Source: a virus
IMG/VR virus record: IMGVR_UViG_3300028822_000042
Coordinates: 22,501 to 86,500 of that record
Strand: one strand, 5' to 3'
Length of the DNA stretch: 64,000 nt
Under the pieces are notes generated by a model, which did no database searches, was not told where the DNA came from, and worked only from the letters and a program-made list of their open reading frames with translations. Of this stretch, positions 50,758 through 60,693 are shown one piece after another. A program made the position numbers and the translations under genes. Positions within the stretch are counted from its first letter, which is position 1, and each line of letters starts with the position of its first letter.

Positions 50758-53154
50758 ATGGCACGTGGAGTAAAACTAGATAGAGCCGACTGGACTTTAG
50801 TTCAATATGCTTCTGGTGCACCAGATTCTAATACTAAAGGCAATATATATATTAACAGCAATAATGGCACTCTATATACGAGGAAGAATGAAGAGGCTTC
50901 TTGGTCTGCTATATCAGGAAGTGGAGCATCAGACCATGGTGCTTTAAGCGGTCTTGGAGATGATGACCACTCTCAATATGCTTTCCTTGCTGGTCGTGTA
51001 GGAGGACAAACTCTTCGTGGTGGCACTGCCTCTGGTAATGATCTTACCCTCGTCTCTACTTCTAATGCCACTAAGGGATATGTCTTTTTAGGTGCGGAAA
51101 CAAATGCCTATTTTGAAGATATAGGCAAATTAAAGATTACTATCCCAGATGGTGGCAATTCGAACTGTGCTGAGTTCCAACAAGATGACGTTACTAATGG
51201 TGGCCCAGCTCTTGTTGTCGGTAATGATTACAGCACTCTGTCTGCATGGGAGAATACAGATGGTTGGGCTATAATGCTCAACGGTACCAATACGGATGGA
51301 GACATAATTGGTAGCGAAGGTGACATCTATATATTTGGAACTACTGCAAATTTAAAAGGTTGGAGTAATTCAGGCGCTGCTGAAACTTTTGTAGAGTGTG
51401 ATTCTGGAACAAGCACTTCTGATGTATATGTGTATTCCTCTGGTGCTGGCAATACAACAGTTAGAATACAATCTAGTTCTGATAGTGGTTCTTCTGATTT
51501 AACTCTTAAGGCTGCAGATGGTAGCTCTGCCACTAGTAGAGCTATAACTGTTGGGTCAGATAATGGAACAGATGATACTAAAGAAAGAGTCCGTATCTAT
51601 TCTGGCGGCGGGAAGTATGGATCTGCTGCAGATAAAGTAAACTCATGGACGTCATATACACCACTGCAACTATTAGGGTCGGAACTTAGATTATCAGACG
51701 ACAATAATTCAGGTTCAACATGGACTCAAACATATGTTGTTCTTTCAGATGCAACAGCAGAATGGACCACATATAAGTCCAATTTTGGAGAAGTTTCATT
51801 ATTTAATGCTATTAATCAGTCATATTCTGTAATATCAGCACTGGATGATTTGTCAGATGTTTCTACTGCTGGAGCAACAGAAGATCAGGTTCTAGCCTAT
51901 AATAGTTCTTCTGGCACTTGGACGCCAGCTACTCTTAGTGGTGGTGGTGGAGTAACTCTTGATGGCGCGTATGACTATGGTGGTGGTGGTACAGGTAGGT
52001 CTATAACTGCTGACTCTGGTGCAGTCGCTATAACAGTACCTGATGCTAGTAATAATGCTGCCTTGTCAGTAACTCAGAATGATACAACCAATGATCCTAG
52101 CTGTATCAGCATAACTAATAATGCTGCAGGATATGGTCTCTACATTACTCATGATGATTCTAGTGCTACAGGTATATTTTTAACTTCATCTAGCTCTACA
52201 TCGCAGGATATCTATTCTGACAAACAACTCACAGTAGGTTCTTCTTCTCCTTTAGATTCAAACGATAATTCTTTTGGTGGTCTTATATTAGAAAATCTTC
52301 CTACATCAGGAATGAGCTTTATAGAGATTGACAGTACATCAGTTGATAACGCAGCGATGGTGGCGATTAAAGCAGATGGTAGTGCTGGTTCAGATAATGG
52401 TCTTGTAGAAATTGAAGCTATAGGAGAAGACAGTACAAGTACTACTCATATTAAGCTTGATGTTGATAACAATGCTGGTACAGGAGATGCCTATATTCGA
52501 CTTGATGTTGATGGTAATGGAACCAACTCTATAGAAATAGGAACTTCGTTTGGTTCTGTGAATGAGATTCAGTTCTACGATGAAGGGAATAGCGGCTCTA
52601 CTTGGACTCAATCTTATGTCCTTTTGACTGATGGCTCTAATGCAGAATGGAATAACTTTGAGACTAATTTTGGTGAGGTCTCAATATTTAATGCCTTAAA
52701 CCAGTTAGTAGGAGGAGCTACAGCTCTTAATGACCTTACTGATGTCTCTACTGCTGGCGCTACACAAGACCAAGTTATTGCTTACAATGAATCGTCTGGT
52801 ACATGGTCTCCAGCTACAGTAAGTGGTTCTGGTGGATGGACCACTTCCGAAAATCTAGATGTAGATACTGGTACTGAGAATATAGATACCTTTGATCCTG
52901 ATGGAGATGGAGCTGTCTTTTGGTACTATTCTGTACAGAATGGAGCTAATCATAGAGGTGGCACCATCACAGCTTGCTGGGATGATTCAGCAGGCACAGT
53001 AGAATACAATGATGTCTCTACTTCTGATATTGGCGACACATCTCCTCTTACTCTTTCCGTCGATATGAGTGGTGGTTCTGGAACTGTAAGACTTAGAGCT
53101 ACTGCCACAACGGATAACTGGATAGTAAAAGTAGCTAGAGCTGAAATCCTCTAG
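50758..53154 (+). CDS. Tail fibre protein with an internal duplicated module
   Basis: 'DHGALSGLGDDDHSQY', two 'L.DL.DVS..GAT.DQV.AYN..SGTW' fibre repeats, Ser/Thr/Gly-rich. Confidence 0.72.
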   Translation: MARGVKLDRADWTLVQYASGAPDSNTKGNIYINSNNGTLYTRKNEEASWSAISGSGASDHGALSGLGDDDHSQYAFLAGRVGGQTLRGGTASGNDLTLVSTSNATKGYVFLGAETNAYFEDIGKLKITIPDGGNSNCAEFQQDDVTNGGPALVVGNDYSTLSAWENTDGWAIMLNGTNTDGDIIGSEGDIYIFGTTANLKGWSNSGAAETFVECDSGTSTSDVYVYSSGAGNTTVRIQSSSDSGSSDLTLKAADGSSATSRAITVGSDNGTDDTKERVRIYSGGGKYGSAADKVNSWTSYTPLQLLGSELRLSDDNNSGSTWTQTYVVLSDATAEWTTYKSNFGEVSLFNAINQSYSVISALDDLSDVSTAGATEDQVLAYNSSSGTWTPATLSGGGGVTLDGAYDYGGGGTGRSITADSGAVAITVPDASNNAALSVTQNDTTNDPSCISITNNAAGYGLYITHDDSSATGIFLTSSSSTSQDIYSDKQLTVGSSSPLDSNDNSFGGLILENLPTSGMSFIEIDSTSVDNAAMVAIKADGSAGSDNGLVEIEAIGEDSTSTTHIKLDVDNNAGTGDAYIRLDVDGNGTNSIEIGTSFGSVNEIQFYDEGNSGSTWTQSYVLLTDGSNAEWNNFETNFGEVSIFNALNQLVGGATALNDLTDVSTAGATQDQVIAYNESSGTWSPATVSGSGGWTTSENLDVDTGTENIDTFDPDGDGAVFWYYSVQNGANHRGGTITACWDDSAGTVEYNDVSTSDIGDTSPLTLSVDMSGGSGTVRLRATATTDNWIVKVARAEIL
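51697..52836 (+). repeat. Two copies of an ~85-aa module (51697..51951 and 52579..52836)
   Basis: Shared pattern NSGSTWTQ.YV.L.D...AEW.....NFGEVS.FNA.NQ......L.DL.DVSTAGAT.DQV.AYN.SSGTW.PAT.SG.GG. Confidence 0.9.
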
Positions 53155-53165
53155 GAGGTAATACT

Positions 53166-56100
53166 ATGGCAGGCGAATTTCGAGGTAAATTTATTCCTAA
53201 ACCAGATCTAGGTATTGGAGATTCTGCTTTAAGCTCTTTAAGTACTGGTACATATAATATAGCTATGGGTGCTAGTTCTCTTGCTGCTATATCTACTCAA
53301 GATAGGAATGTTGGTTTAGGTTATGAAGCAGGTAATGCCTGTGAGGCTTCAGATAATATCTTTGTTGGTCACCAGGCAGGTAAGAGTTCTACAAGTGCTA
53401 CTAGAACTATAGCAATTGGCTATCAAGCATTTGGTAGTACAGGAAGTAAAACTGGTAATGATAATATACATATTGGATACTCTGCTGGTAAACTTGTTAC
53501 TTCTGGCGCCAATAATATCACTATAGGAAGTTATGCTTTAGATGCGAACACTACAGGTGAAGATAATATTGCTATTGGCGTTAATGCTCTTGGTGATATG
53601 GATACCAGGGATTGTAATGTAGCAATTGGCAATGAAGCAGGTGTCAACTTAACGACCAATGGCTTTGGTGCAAATGTTCTTATAGGATATAAAGCTTATG
53701 GAAGTTCTAACACCAAAAGTGGCTATTACAATGTTGTTGTTGGTGCTTATTCTAATCTTTATGCCACCAGCGGCAAACATAATGTATATTTAGGTTACAA
53801 ATCTGCATTTTTTGCTAGTTCTGGAGTTGAGAATGTATTAACTGGATATAAGGCAGGATATTATTTTTCAACAGCAGAATATTCTACTGGTGTAGGCTGT
53901 TATTCTTTACATGCAGATAGTGGCGGTTATAATTCTGGCAATTATAATACAGCTGTTGGTCACAGCTCTGGATATACCATAACAACAGGAATTAATAATG
54001 TAGCTATTGGAGCCAGTGCTCTCTATACAGAGACTACTAATGACAACAATACTGCTGTTGGTTATCAATCTCTATATAGCCAAGATACAGCATCAGATAA
54101 TACAGCTGTTGGATATCAGGCTGGTTATAACATCTCTACAGGTGTTGGAGTCGTTGCTGCTGGCTATCAAGCACTTGGCGTTGCCAATGCTAAGACATGC
54201 GACTATGCGATAGCTATTGGCTATCAGGCACTAGGAAATGGCAGTACTTCTGGCTCTGACAATACAGCTATAGGACGCGAGGCTCTATATGCTCCTTCTA
54301 GTGGCGCTGGAAATATAGCTGTTGGTTACAAGTCTGGATATTCAAACACAACAGCAGATTACAATATAGCTATAGGTTATGAGGCTCTCTATACAAACGA
54401 TACTGAGGATAACAATATAGCTATTGGTTATCATGCCCTCTATACATTTGGAGGAGCATCCGAGGCAGGCAACATAAACATTGCTATTGGTGAGAATGCT
54501 GCTGATGCAGTAACAAGCGGTTTCTCTAATGTTGCTATAGGTCAAAATGCTTTGGGTGCAGGAACTACTGCTTCTGATAATATTGCGATTGGCAAAGGTT
54601 CTCTTGCTGCTATTACTACCTCTTATGCCTGTATAGCTATTGGTGTTGGAGCATTAGAAAGTGCTAATGGTGTTGAGAATATTGCTATAGGTGAAAATGC
54701 TGGTAATACTCTTGATAGTCCAGGCAACATAATAATAGGTGCATATGCAGCACAGACAGCTACTTCTTGTATTCGTACAATAGCTATAGGATACCAGTCA
54801 TACGGTGGCACAGGCACTAAGACAGGTAATGACAATATTGCTATTGGTCATGAAGCTATAGGGAATGGTGCGACTACTGGCGGTTCAAATATAGGAATCG
54901 GCTATCACTCTCTTAATGCGACTACTAGCGGAGCAAGTAATCTAGCTATTGGAATTAGCGTAGCCACAAATCTAACAACAGCTGATTACACTATTGCTAT
55001 AGGCTATGAAGCCATGAGTAGTGGCGTTACTACTGGTGACTATAATATTGCCATAGGATATCAAGCTGGATATGCTACAACATCAGGAGCATATACAGTA
55101 GCCATAGGGTATAGGGCTCTCAAAAATAATGACATAGACAGTGATGCTATAGCTATTGGTAGAGATGCTCTTCTTAGTTATGATAGATCAACAATAGATG
55201 GTACTTCAAACATATCGATTGGTCCTTACTCTTTAGATGCTCTTACAACTGGCAGTAATAACGTTGCTATGGGTGGGGCTGCTTTAGGTGCTTCTGTTAC
55301 AGATAACTACAATACAGCCATAGGTGGTGTTGCATTACAAGATTGTAATGGCGGTGAATATAATACGGCTATTGGATATCAGGCTGCTGCTGATCTTACT
55401 ACTGGCGACTATAATGTTGCTGTTGGTTATCAGGCAATGGCTACTAATGTAGTTACAGGTGATTACAATATAGCCATTGGCTATCACTCTATAAGCAACG
55501 GAGCAACATCAGGAGATGAAAATATTGGTATTGGTCATGGCCCCCTATACTCTTTAACATCAGGTATTGGCAATATAGGGATTGGTTATCAAGCTGCTTA
55601 TGCTGTTAATTCTGGAGACCATAACATAGCTATAGGGTATCAGGCATTAAATAGCAATGATGTAGATGATTACAACATAGCCATAGGGTATCAATCTCTA
55701 AAATCTTTTGACCCTATTGGTGTATCTACTTATTCAAATATAGCTATAGGAGATGAGTCCTTAGATGCTCTTACTGATGCTGATGGCAATATAGCAATTG
55801 GCGCACATGCATTATCTACTTCAACAACAGACTCATACAATACAGCAGTAGGTGGTTATGCTTTACTTCTCTGCAATGGAGGAGAGGGGAATACAGCTAT
55901 TGGATTTGAAGCAGCAAGAGGATTAACAACAGGAGATGGCAATGTATCTATAGGTTATGAAGCAGCATACTCAAGTGATGTTGCTAATGGAAATGTAGCG
56001 ATAGGATATCAGGCACTTAAAGCCTATGATCCAAGTAATACAGAGCCAAGTCCTAATACAGCGATAGGCTACAAGTCAATGACAGCAGAGACTACTGGAG

Positions 56101-56753
56101 CTGGCAATGTTGCTGTTGGACACGAATCTCTTATTAGTGCTAATGGCGCAAATGGTAGTGTTGTAATTGGATCCGACTCTGGTCAGTCAATAACAACTGG
56201 TGACTTTAACATCATTGTTGGCTTTAGCTCTGATGTAAAATTGTCCTCAGATCAGAACTCTATTGTTATTGGTTATGGTGAAACAGGAGCAGGATCTAAT
56301 AACTGTACTATAGGTAATAGTAGCACTACAACATACAACATGTATGCTGCTTCATGGACAAGTATATCTGATGCTAGACTTAAAGATAGTATAGAAGACT
56401 CTAATCTTGGACTAAACTTCATACAGAAAATACGTCCAGTAAAATACAGATTTAGAAATAGGAGAGATGAACGTAGAGGAGTTGATCTCACATTCAAGAG
56501 ACCTCACTATGGATTTATAGCTCAAGAGATAAAAGAAGTTATTGATGAGATGGATGTTGATTTCGGCGGATACATAGATCCTAAAGTCAATGGTGGAATA
56601 GATAGACTTGGCCTTGGCTACACAGAGTTTATAGCTCCAGCCATTAAAGCTATACAGGAGCAACAGGATATGATTCGAGACATGAAGAATCAGATGAAAG
56701 CTCTCAAGAGAGAAATAGCTATCCTAAAGAACAAGAAGGATGGAGGTAAATAA
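53166..56753 (+). CDS. Long beta-roll fibre/adhesin (YadA-head-like ~14-aa N-x-A-I-G repeats) with C-terminal Peptidase S74 chaperone
   Basis: Dozens of 'NIAIGYxAL' repeats; C-terminal 'SDARLKDSIED...RPVKY...HYGFIAQE...IKAIQEQQ'. Confidence 0.88.
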   Translation: MAGEFRGKFIPKPDLGIGDSALSSLSTGTYNIAMGASSLAAISTQDRNVGLGYEAGNACEASDNIFVGHQAGKSSTSATRTIAIGYQAFGSTGSKTGNDNIHIGYSAGKLVTSGANNITIGSYALDANTTGEDNIAIGVNALGDMDTRDCNVAIGNEAGVNLTTNGFGANVLIGYKAYGSSNTKSGYYNVVVGAYSNLYATSGKHNVYLGYKSAFFASSGVENVLTGYKAGYYFSTAEYSTGVGCYSLHADSGGYNSGNYNTAVGHSSGYTITTGINNVAIGASALYTETTNDNNTAVGYQSLYSQDTASDNTAVGYQAGYNISTGVGVVAAGYQALGVANAKTCDYAIAIGYQALGNGSTSGSDNTAIGREALYAPSSGAGNIAVGYKSGYSNTTADYNIAIGYEALYTNDTEDNNIAIGYHALYTFGGASEAGNINIAIGENAADAVTSGFSNVAIGQNALGAGTTASDNIAIGKGSLAAITTSYACIAIGVGALESANGVENIAIGENAGNTLDSPGNIIIGAYAAQTATSCIRTIAIGYQSYGGTGTKTGNDNIAIGHEAIGNGATTGGSNIGIGYHSLNATTSGASNLAIGISVATNLTTADYTIAIGYEAMSSGVTTGDYNIAIGYQAGYATTSGAYTVAIGYRALKNNDIDSDAIAIGRDALLSYDRSTIDGTSNISIGPYSLDALTTGSNNVAMGGAALGASVTDNYNTAIGGVALQDCNGGEYNTAIGYQAAADLTTGDYNVAVGYQAMATNVVTGDYNIAIGYHSISNGATSGDENIGIGHGPLYSLTSGIGNIGIGYQAAYAVNSGDHNIAIGYQALNSNDVDDYNIAIGYQSLKSFDPIGVSTYSNIAIGDESLDALTDADGNIAIGAHALSTSTTDSYNTAVGGYALLLCNGGEGNTAIGFEAARGLTTGDGNVSIGYEAAYSSDVANGNVAIGYQALKAYDPSNTEPSPNTAIGYKSMTAETTGAGNVAVGHESLISANGANGSVVIGSDSGQSITTGDFNIIVGFSSDVKLSSDQNSIVIGYGETGAGSNNCTIGNSSTTTYNMYAASWTSISDARLKDSIEDSNLGLNFIQKIRPVKYRFRNRRDERRGVDLTFKRPHYGFIAQEIKEVIDEMDVDFGGYIDPKVNGGIDRLGLGYTEFIAPAIKAIQEQQDMIRDMKNQMKALKREIAILKNKKDGGK

Positions 56754-57169
56754 TGTCAGTAAGAATACATGGAGTTGTTGGCGGGCCCAGGCAGAAGATC
56801 AGTAGACCTAGAACTAAGGTTGATAGAACAAATTATCTTGATATGCCTGAAAAGTTTCAGGAAGCAGAAGCAATTATTGTATCTAGCAAAGATAATACAT
56901 TAGAGTTCTCAAAACTAGAAGAAGACAAACCAGAACCTGTTTCTAAAACTGTTGAGACTGTAGATAAGCCTAAGAAGAAAGAACCTGCCATGAAGCAGTC
57001 TAGATATAAAGCTGCAAGCAAGACCAATAAAGAGTCAAAAGCAGTTGAAGAATCTCAAACAACCAGCAATCAAGAAACTGAAGAAGATAAAGAAGAAAAT
57101 TTAGTTAGTCTTGAGACTCAAGACAAGATTGACGAATGGCTATTGAAGCTTTCTCACCAAGGAGATTAG
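56753..57169 (+). CDS. Hypothetical charged, probably disordered protein
   Basis: 138 aa, GGAGG RBS, TAATG-coupled to the fibre gene. Confidence 0.6.
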   Translation: MSVRIHGVVGGPRQKISRPRTKVDRTNYLDMPEKFQEAEAIIVSSKDNTLEFSKLEEDKPEPVSKTVETVDKPKKKEPAMKQSRYKAASKTNKESKAVEESQTTSNQETEEDKEENLVSLETQDKIDEWLLKLSHQGD

Positions 57170-57352
57170 AGTATTCAGTTCTGTCTCTACTGCTGTTAAC
57201 TTATCACTAAGTCTTCTATTCTCTTCATTGCATAGTGTAAGTAGTCTATTCAGCATGTTCTTGCTGGCCGCTCCATCTATAAGATTAGATAGCTTTTGAG
57301 CAGTTTTTTCAATATTCTGGATTCTCTGTTCTTCGTCATATGTTAGTGACAT
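57140..57352 (-). CDS. Small coiled-coil protein
   Basis: 70 aa with heptad pattern; last gene of the minus-strand cluster; AAGG upstream. Confidence 0.6.
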   Translation of the reverse strand: MSLTYDEEQRIQNIEKTAQKLSNLIDGAASKNMLNRLLTLCNEENRRLSDKLTAVETELNTLISLVRKLQ

Positions 57353-57363
57353 TGCTAATACCT

Positions 57364-58461
57364 TTATAGTTTAAGTAGAGCCTCAACTACAGATAGTTGA
57401 TGTTCATCAGTTATGCCTATGCTAGATGGTAGACATACCACTGACTTGTAGGCATTGTCTGCTTCTATTTTACCAAAGTAAAGTGAACCTTTAAAAGCTA
57501 GTTGCTTATGATTTGGTTTAAATAGTGGTCGTATTTGAATGCCACTGTTCTCCATAACTTTTATAAGATGAGAGATTTCTGTTGATGTGGCGCGATTGGT
57601 GTATTTGTTAAGTCTTACTGCCGATAGCCATCTATTAGAATCTCCAAGACCATCAATCATAGTCATTTTGTCTGATGCTTCTAAAGATTCTTTGTAGTTG
57701 TTCCAGATTGAGGTTTTCTTGTTTTTAAAGTTTTCGATGTTCTCTATCTGAGACAATGCCAGTGCAGCATTCATGTTGCCCATACCCATATTATAGCCAG
57801 GCTCATGGTGAATATACATCGTCTGGTTGTCTTTTGCCTGTAGTGCTAAATATTTTACTCTTTCAGCTATATACTTGTCAGCTATTAACATTCCTCCACC
57901 ACCAGCGGTGATCATTTTATTAAAGCTGAAAGAGAAGATGCCTACATCTCCGAAGGTGCCTGCGTGTCTGTTGTTTAGATAACTTCCTAATGCTTGGGCT
58001 GCATCCTCAACTACTTTGATTGTGTTCTTCGTGGCTATCTTCATTATTTCGTCCATATTGCACATGTGCCCTAGCATGTGAACAGGAACTATCGCTTTAA
58101 CATTAACTGAAGATACAGCTAATTCCAGAGCAGATATATCCATACATAAAGACGAATCACAATCTACAAATACTGGCCTTGCGCCTGTCTGTACAACAGC
58201 ATTTACTGTTGCCACAAAAGTCATTGTCGGCACCACAACGTAGTCATCTGGTCCTATCCCTAGTGTCTTTAGAGCTAAATATATAGCACTCGTTCCACTA
58301 TTGAGAGCTACTGCTTTCTTGTTGTGACCAACTATGTTCTCTACTTCTTGCTCTAAATCTCTAACATAGTTACCAGCATACGAGATCCATCCTGAATCAA
58401 GACAATCCTTCACATACTTGTATCCATTCTCTGTAATGCATGGCTCTAGTAGCGGTATCAT
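57364..58461 (-). CDS. DegT/DnrJ/EryC1/StrS PLP-dependent sugar aminotransferase (PerA/LegC-like)
   Basis: 'NSGTSA', 'PTMTFVAT', 'VEDAAQALG', and 'FSFSFNKMITAGGGG' containing the PLP lysine. Confidence 0.93.
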   Translation of the reverse strand: MIPLLEPCITENGYKYVKDCLDSGWISYAGNYVRDLEQEVENIVGHNKKAVALNSGTSAIYLALKTLGIGPDDYVVVPTMTFVATVNAVVQTGARPVFVDCDSSLCMDISALELAVSSVNVKAIVPVHMLGHMCNMDEIMKIATKNTIKVVEDAAQALGSYLNNRHAGTFGDVGIFSFSFNKMITAGGGGMLIADKYIAERVKYLALQAKDNQTMYIHHEPGYNMGMGNMNAALALSQIENIENFKNKKTSIWNNYKESLEASDKMTMIDGLGDSNRWLSAVRLNKYTNRATSTEISHLIKVMENSGIQIRPLFKPNHKQLAFKGSLYFGKIEADNAYKSVVCLPSSIGITDEHQLSVVEALLKL

Positions 58462-58462
58462 A

Positions 58463-59203
58463 TTATCTCCACAGGTTGTTTATCTTTAGCGTGTCTTCTA
58501 GTGCTCTGTTAAATGGAGCATACATCCTATCAATGTCTCTTCTATAAGCATTCTTAGTTAAATCATGTTTCTTCTTCCTTGAGTGCGCGAACTCAATATC
58601 ACAGTAATCTAGATTTAAGAACTCAAGTAGATTTGCCCATTCTTCTTCAGGATTCTCAAACATCTCTTCTGAGATAATGATATGAATATTGTTCTTATTA
58701 AACAGAGCCCATAGTGCAGTGAGTTGCCTGATATAGAATCCTCTATCAATCAGATGGTAATCCTTAGGATGGGCCCCCATAAACAAGTCCATCACTGAAT
58801 GATACCTATCTGTCCAGTCTACTTCATTTGCTGAGATGTGATTAAAGTGAGAATATAATCTGTCTGTAGGGTTCCTCAGCATAACGATGATCTTACAGTC
58901 TGGTATTGTCTCAGCAATGTGTATCAGTGCCTGAGTCCTGTACAGATACATTGGTGTTGCCTCACCTGTAATATATCCGTCAGGACACTTAGGGAAGCAG
59001 CTTTGATACCAGTCCCAACCTCTGTTGTAGTGCTTGTCAAAGAATCGTATCTCTTTGACTCCTAGTGGGACCTCAGAATCTGCTTCTGTCTGTACACCAT
59101 TTCCTAGTGAAGGCAATATCTGTGGATGCTTCACAAGATTGTCGTACATTGATGTGGTTCCACACTTTGTCTCTCCTACAATAAGAAAGTTGGGCAATGG
59201 CAT
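58463..59203 (-). CDS. PAPS-dependent sulfotransferase (Sulfotransfer_1 family)
   Basis: 5'-PSB 'PNFLIVGETKCGTTS', 'KEIRFFD', 'GEATPMY' and 3'-PB 'LRNPTDRLYS'. Confidence 0.92.
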   Translation of the reverse strand: MPLPNFLIVGETKCGTTSMYDNLVKHPQILPSLGNGVQTEADSEVPLGVKEIRFFDKHYNRGWDWYQSCFPKCPDGYITGEATPMYLYRTQALIHIAETIPDCKIIVMLRNPTDRLYSHFNHISANEVDWTDRYHSVMDLFMGAHPKDYHLIDRGFYIRQLTALWALFNKNNIHIIISEEMFENPEEEWANLLEFLNLDYCDIEFAHSRKKKHDLTKNAYRRDIDRMYAPFNRALEDTLKINNLWR

Positions 59204-60693
59204 TAGTTGCTTCCTTCTTCAAATCCTAGTCTAATTAATTTGTCTCTGTCTTTCGTCGCTATGGCAAATCCATGACAGTCCTTGATTTCCCAAGTCTCAA
59301 TTGGTTTGTTCCTTATATCTTTCTCTCTCTTTAAGTCTTTTGTCACTCTAAAACCTATATGGTATCCTGCTTTCTCTAGCAGTTTTATTGCCTCCATTCT
59401 AGGCTTAAACATATAGTCACTTCTTCCAAGGAAGGCTATAGAAATATCTGGAGAATGCTTCTTCATCATCCTACGTGCACCATGTATGGCATTTAGTTCT
59501 GCACCATTAATAGTTAGGTCAATTAGGTCTACTCTCTCTAAGTCTTTTGCTACTGTGTTCAATGTAGTTGTTTTGAGTACTTTTGTAGGCTTGTCTTTTG
59601 CAGATCCAACTCTGCCAGATGTTGCATTCTGAAGACTTATAAACTCTAACTTAGTCTTATTGTTCCATATTACTTTGTTTATTATTGATATGTTGTCAAT
59701 TTTGTTGTCTTGTGTATATTTTTCTATTGTTTTAGTGTTTCTAGAATCAGCTTCTACAACAACAACATGTTTTGCTGCCTTTAAGAATCTTGTTATAGCT
59801 GATAGATTCTTAAGACATAAGTCTCCTCTTGCCCCGCAGCATATTACAGTGCTTTCTTGATCTATAAAGTCAACTGGTATTAGTAGATCTATGTTTTTGT
59901 AATATAGATCGTTATACCTAGATATCTTGTTTCTTTCTACTGGTATGTATTTGAAAAACATTTTCTTCTCCCTTGAATTCAGAGACAGTCTTGTTTCTTG
60001 TATGTCTCTTTCTATTGTTTTAGATATCTCATTAACCCATAGTCTTATAGAGTCTTTTATTTTTAGATGCCAACTATCACCTAAGTTCATATATTGTTTT
60101 TTTATAAGACCAGTTGTTTTATCTAACAAAATGTGATTTATAGATGCAACCTTAAATCCATTTATGTTAGCCATGTCTTTTAGTTTTCTTTCAAATAATA
60201 GACATAGGTCTGTTCTCTCTTTGTGGGTTGCTTTTATTTCATTTCTTCTTTCTCTCCCTTGTATGTGGCCGTGTGACCCTCTGTAGGTTCCTTCTTTGTA
60301 AGCTTCAATAATAGGAATTATTGGAGATAGAAGTATTATCTTGTCTGTATATTTTCTTGCATTTATAGCAAGGTTCTCTAGTTGTTTTATAGCGAAGTCT
60401 ACTTCTGTTTCTTTTGTGGTCCCGTTTCTATTCATACGAGACCACAGTGCATATGCACAGTCTACCTCTCCAAGTTGTATTATGAAATAGTCTATGTCTT
60501 CTTTAGTCTCTCTGAGTTTCTTTAAGAAAATGTTTAAATTCTCTTGTTTTGCTAGTCCTTGTGCTGTTTTTGATGTTGCCCATGTATTCTCTACAACTGT
60601 AAATGTGTTGTTTAATATTAACTTTCTATATCCTGGTCTCCAGATATTGGAGTGAGAATCTCCAACAATGATAACTTTCTTTAATCCTGTCAT
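59203..60693 (-). CDS. SGNH hydrolase-like + FkbM methyltransferase fusion
   Basis: N-terminal half: 'IVGDSH', 'LGEVD', 'DSWH'. C-terminal half: 'VICCGARGD', 'VVVEAD', 'TTTLN...DLIDLTINGAELNAIHGA'. Confidence 0.75.
   Translation of the reverse strand: MTGLKKVIIVGDSHSNIWRPGYRKLILNNTFTVVENTWATSKTAQGLAKQENLNIFLKKLRETKEDIDYFIIQLGEVDCAYALWSRMNRNGTTKETEVDFAIKQLENLAINARKYTDKIILLSPIIPIIEAYKEGTYRGSHGHIQGRERRNEIKATHKERTDLCLLFERKLKDMANINGFKVASINHILLDKTTGLIKKQYMNLGDSWHLKIKDSIRLWVNEISKTIERDIQETRLSLNSREKKMFFKYIPVERNKISRYNDLYYKNIDLLIPVDFIDQESTVICCGARGDLCLKNLSAITRFLKAAKHVVVVEADSRNTKTIEKYTQDNKIDNISIINKVIWNNKTKLEFISLQNATSGRVGSAKDKPTKVLKTTTLNTVAKDLERVDLIDLTINGAELNAIHGARRMMKKHSPDISIAFLGRSDYMFKPRMEAIKLLEKAGYHIGFRVTKDLKREKDIRNKPIETWEIKDCHGFAIATKDRDKLIRLGFEEGSN

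Noticed and set aside
53200-56330. CRISPR array or DNA tandem repeat (recurring GCTATTGG/GCTATAGG at ~42-nt spacing)
   Set aside because: The periodicity comes from A-I-G protein repeats in an open frame with variable synonymous positions; there are no identical repeats with unique spacers.
33410-56753. Diversity-generating retroelement targeting the fibres
   Set aside because: No reverse transcriptase in the window, and no near-identical TR/VR pair differing only at adenines was seen. The 85-aa duplication differs at all base types.
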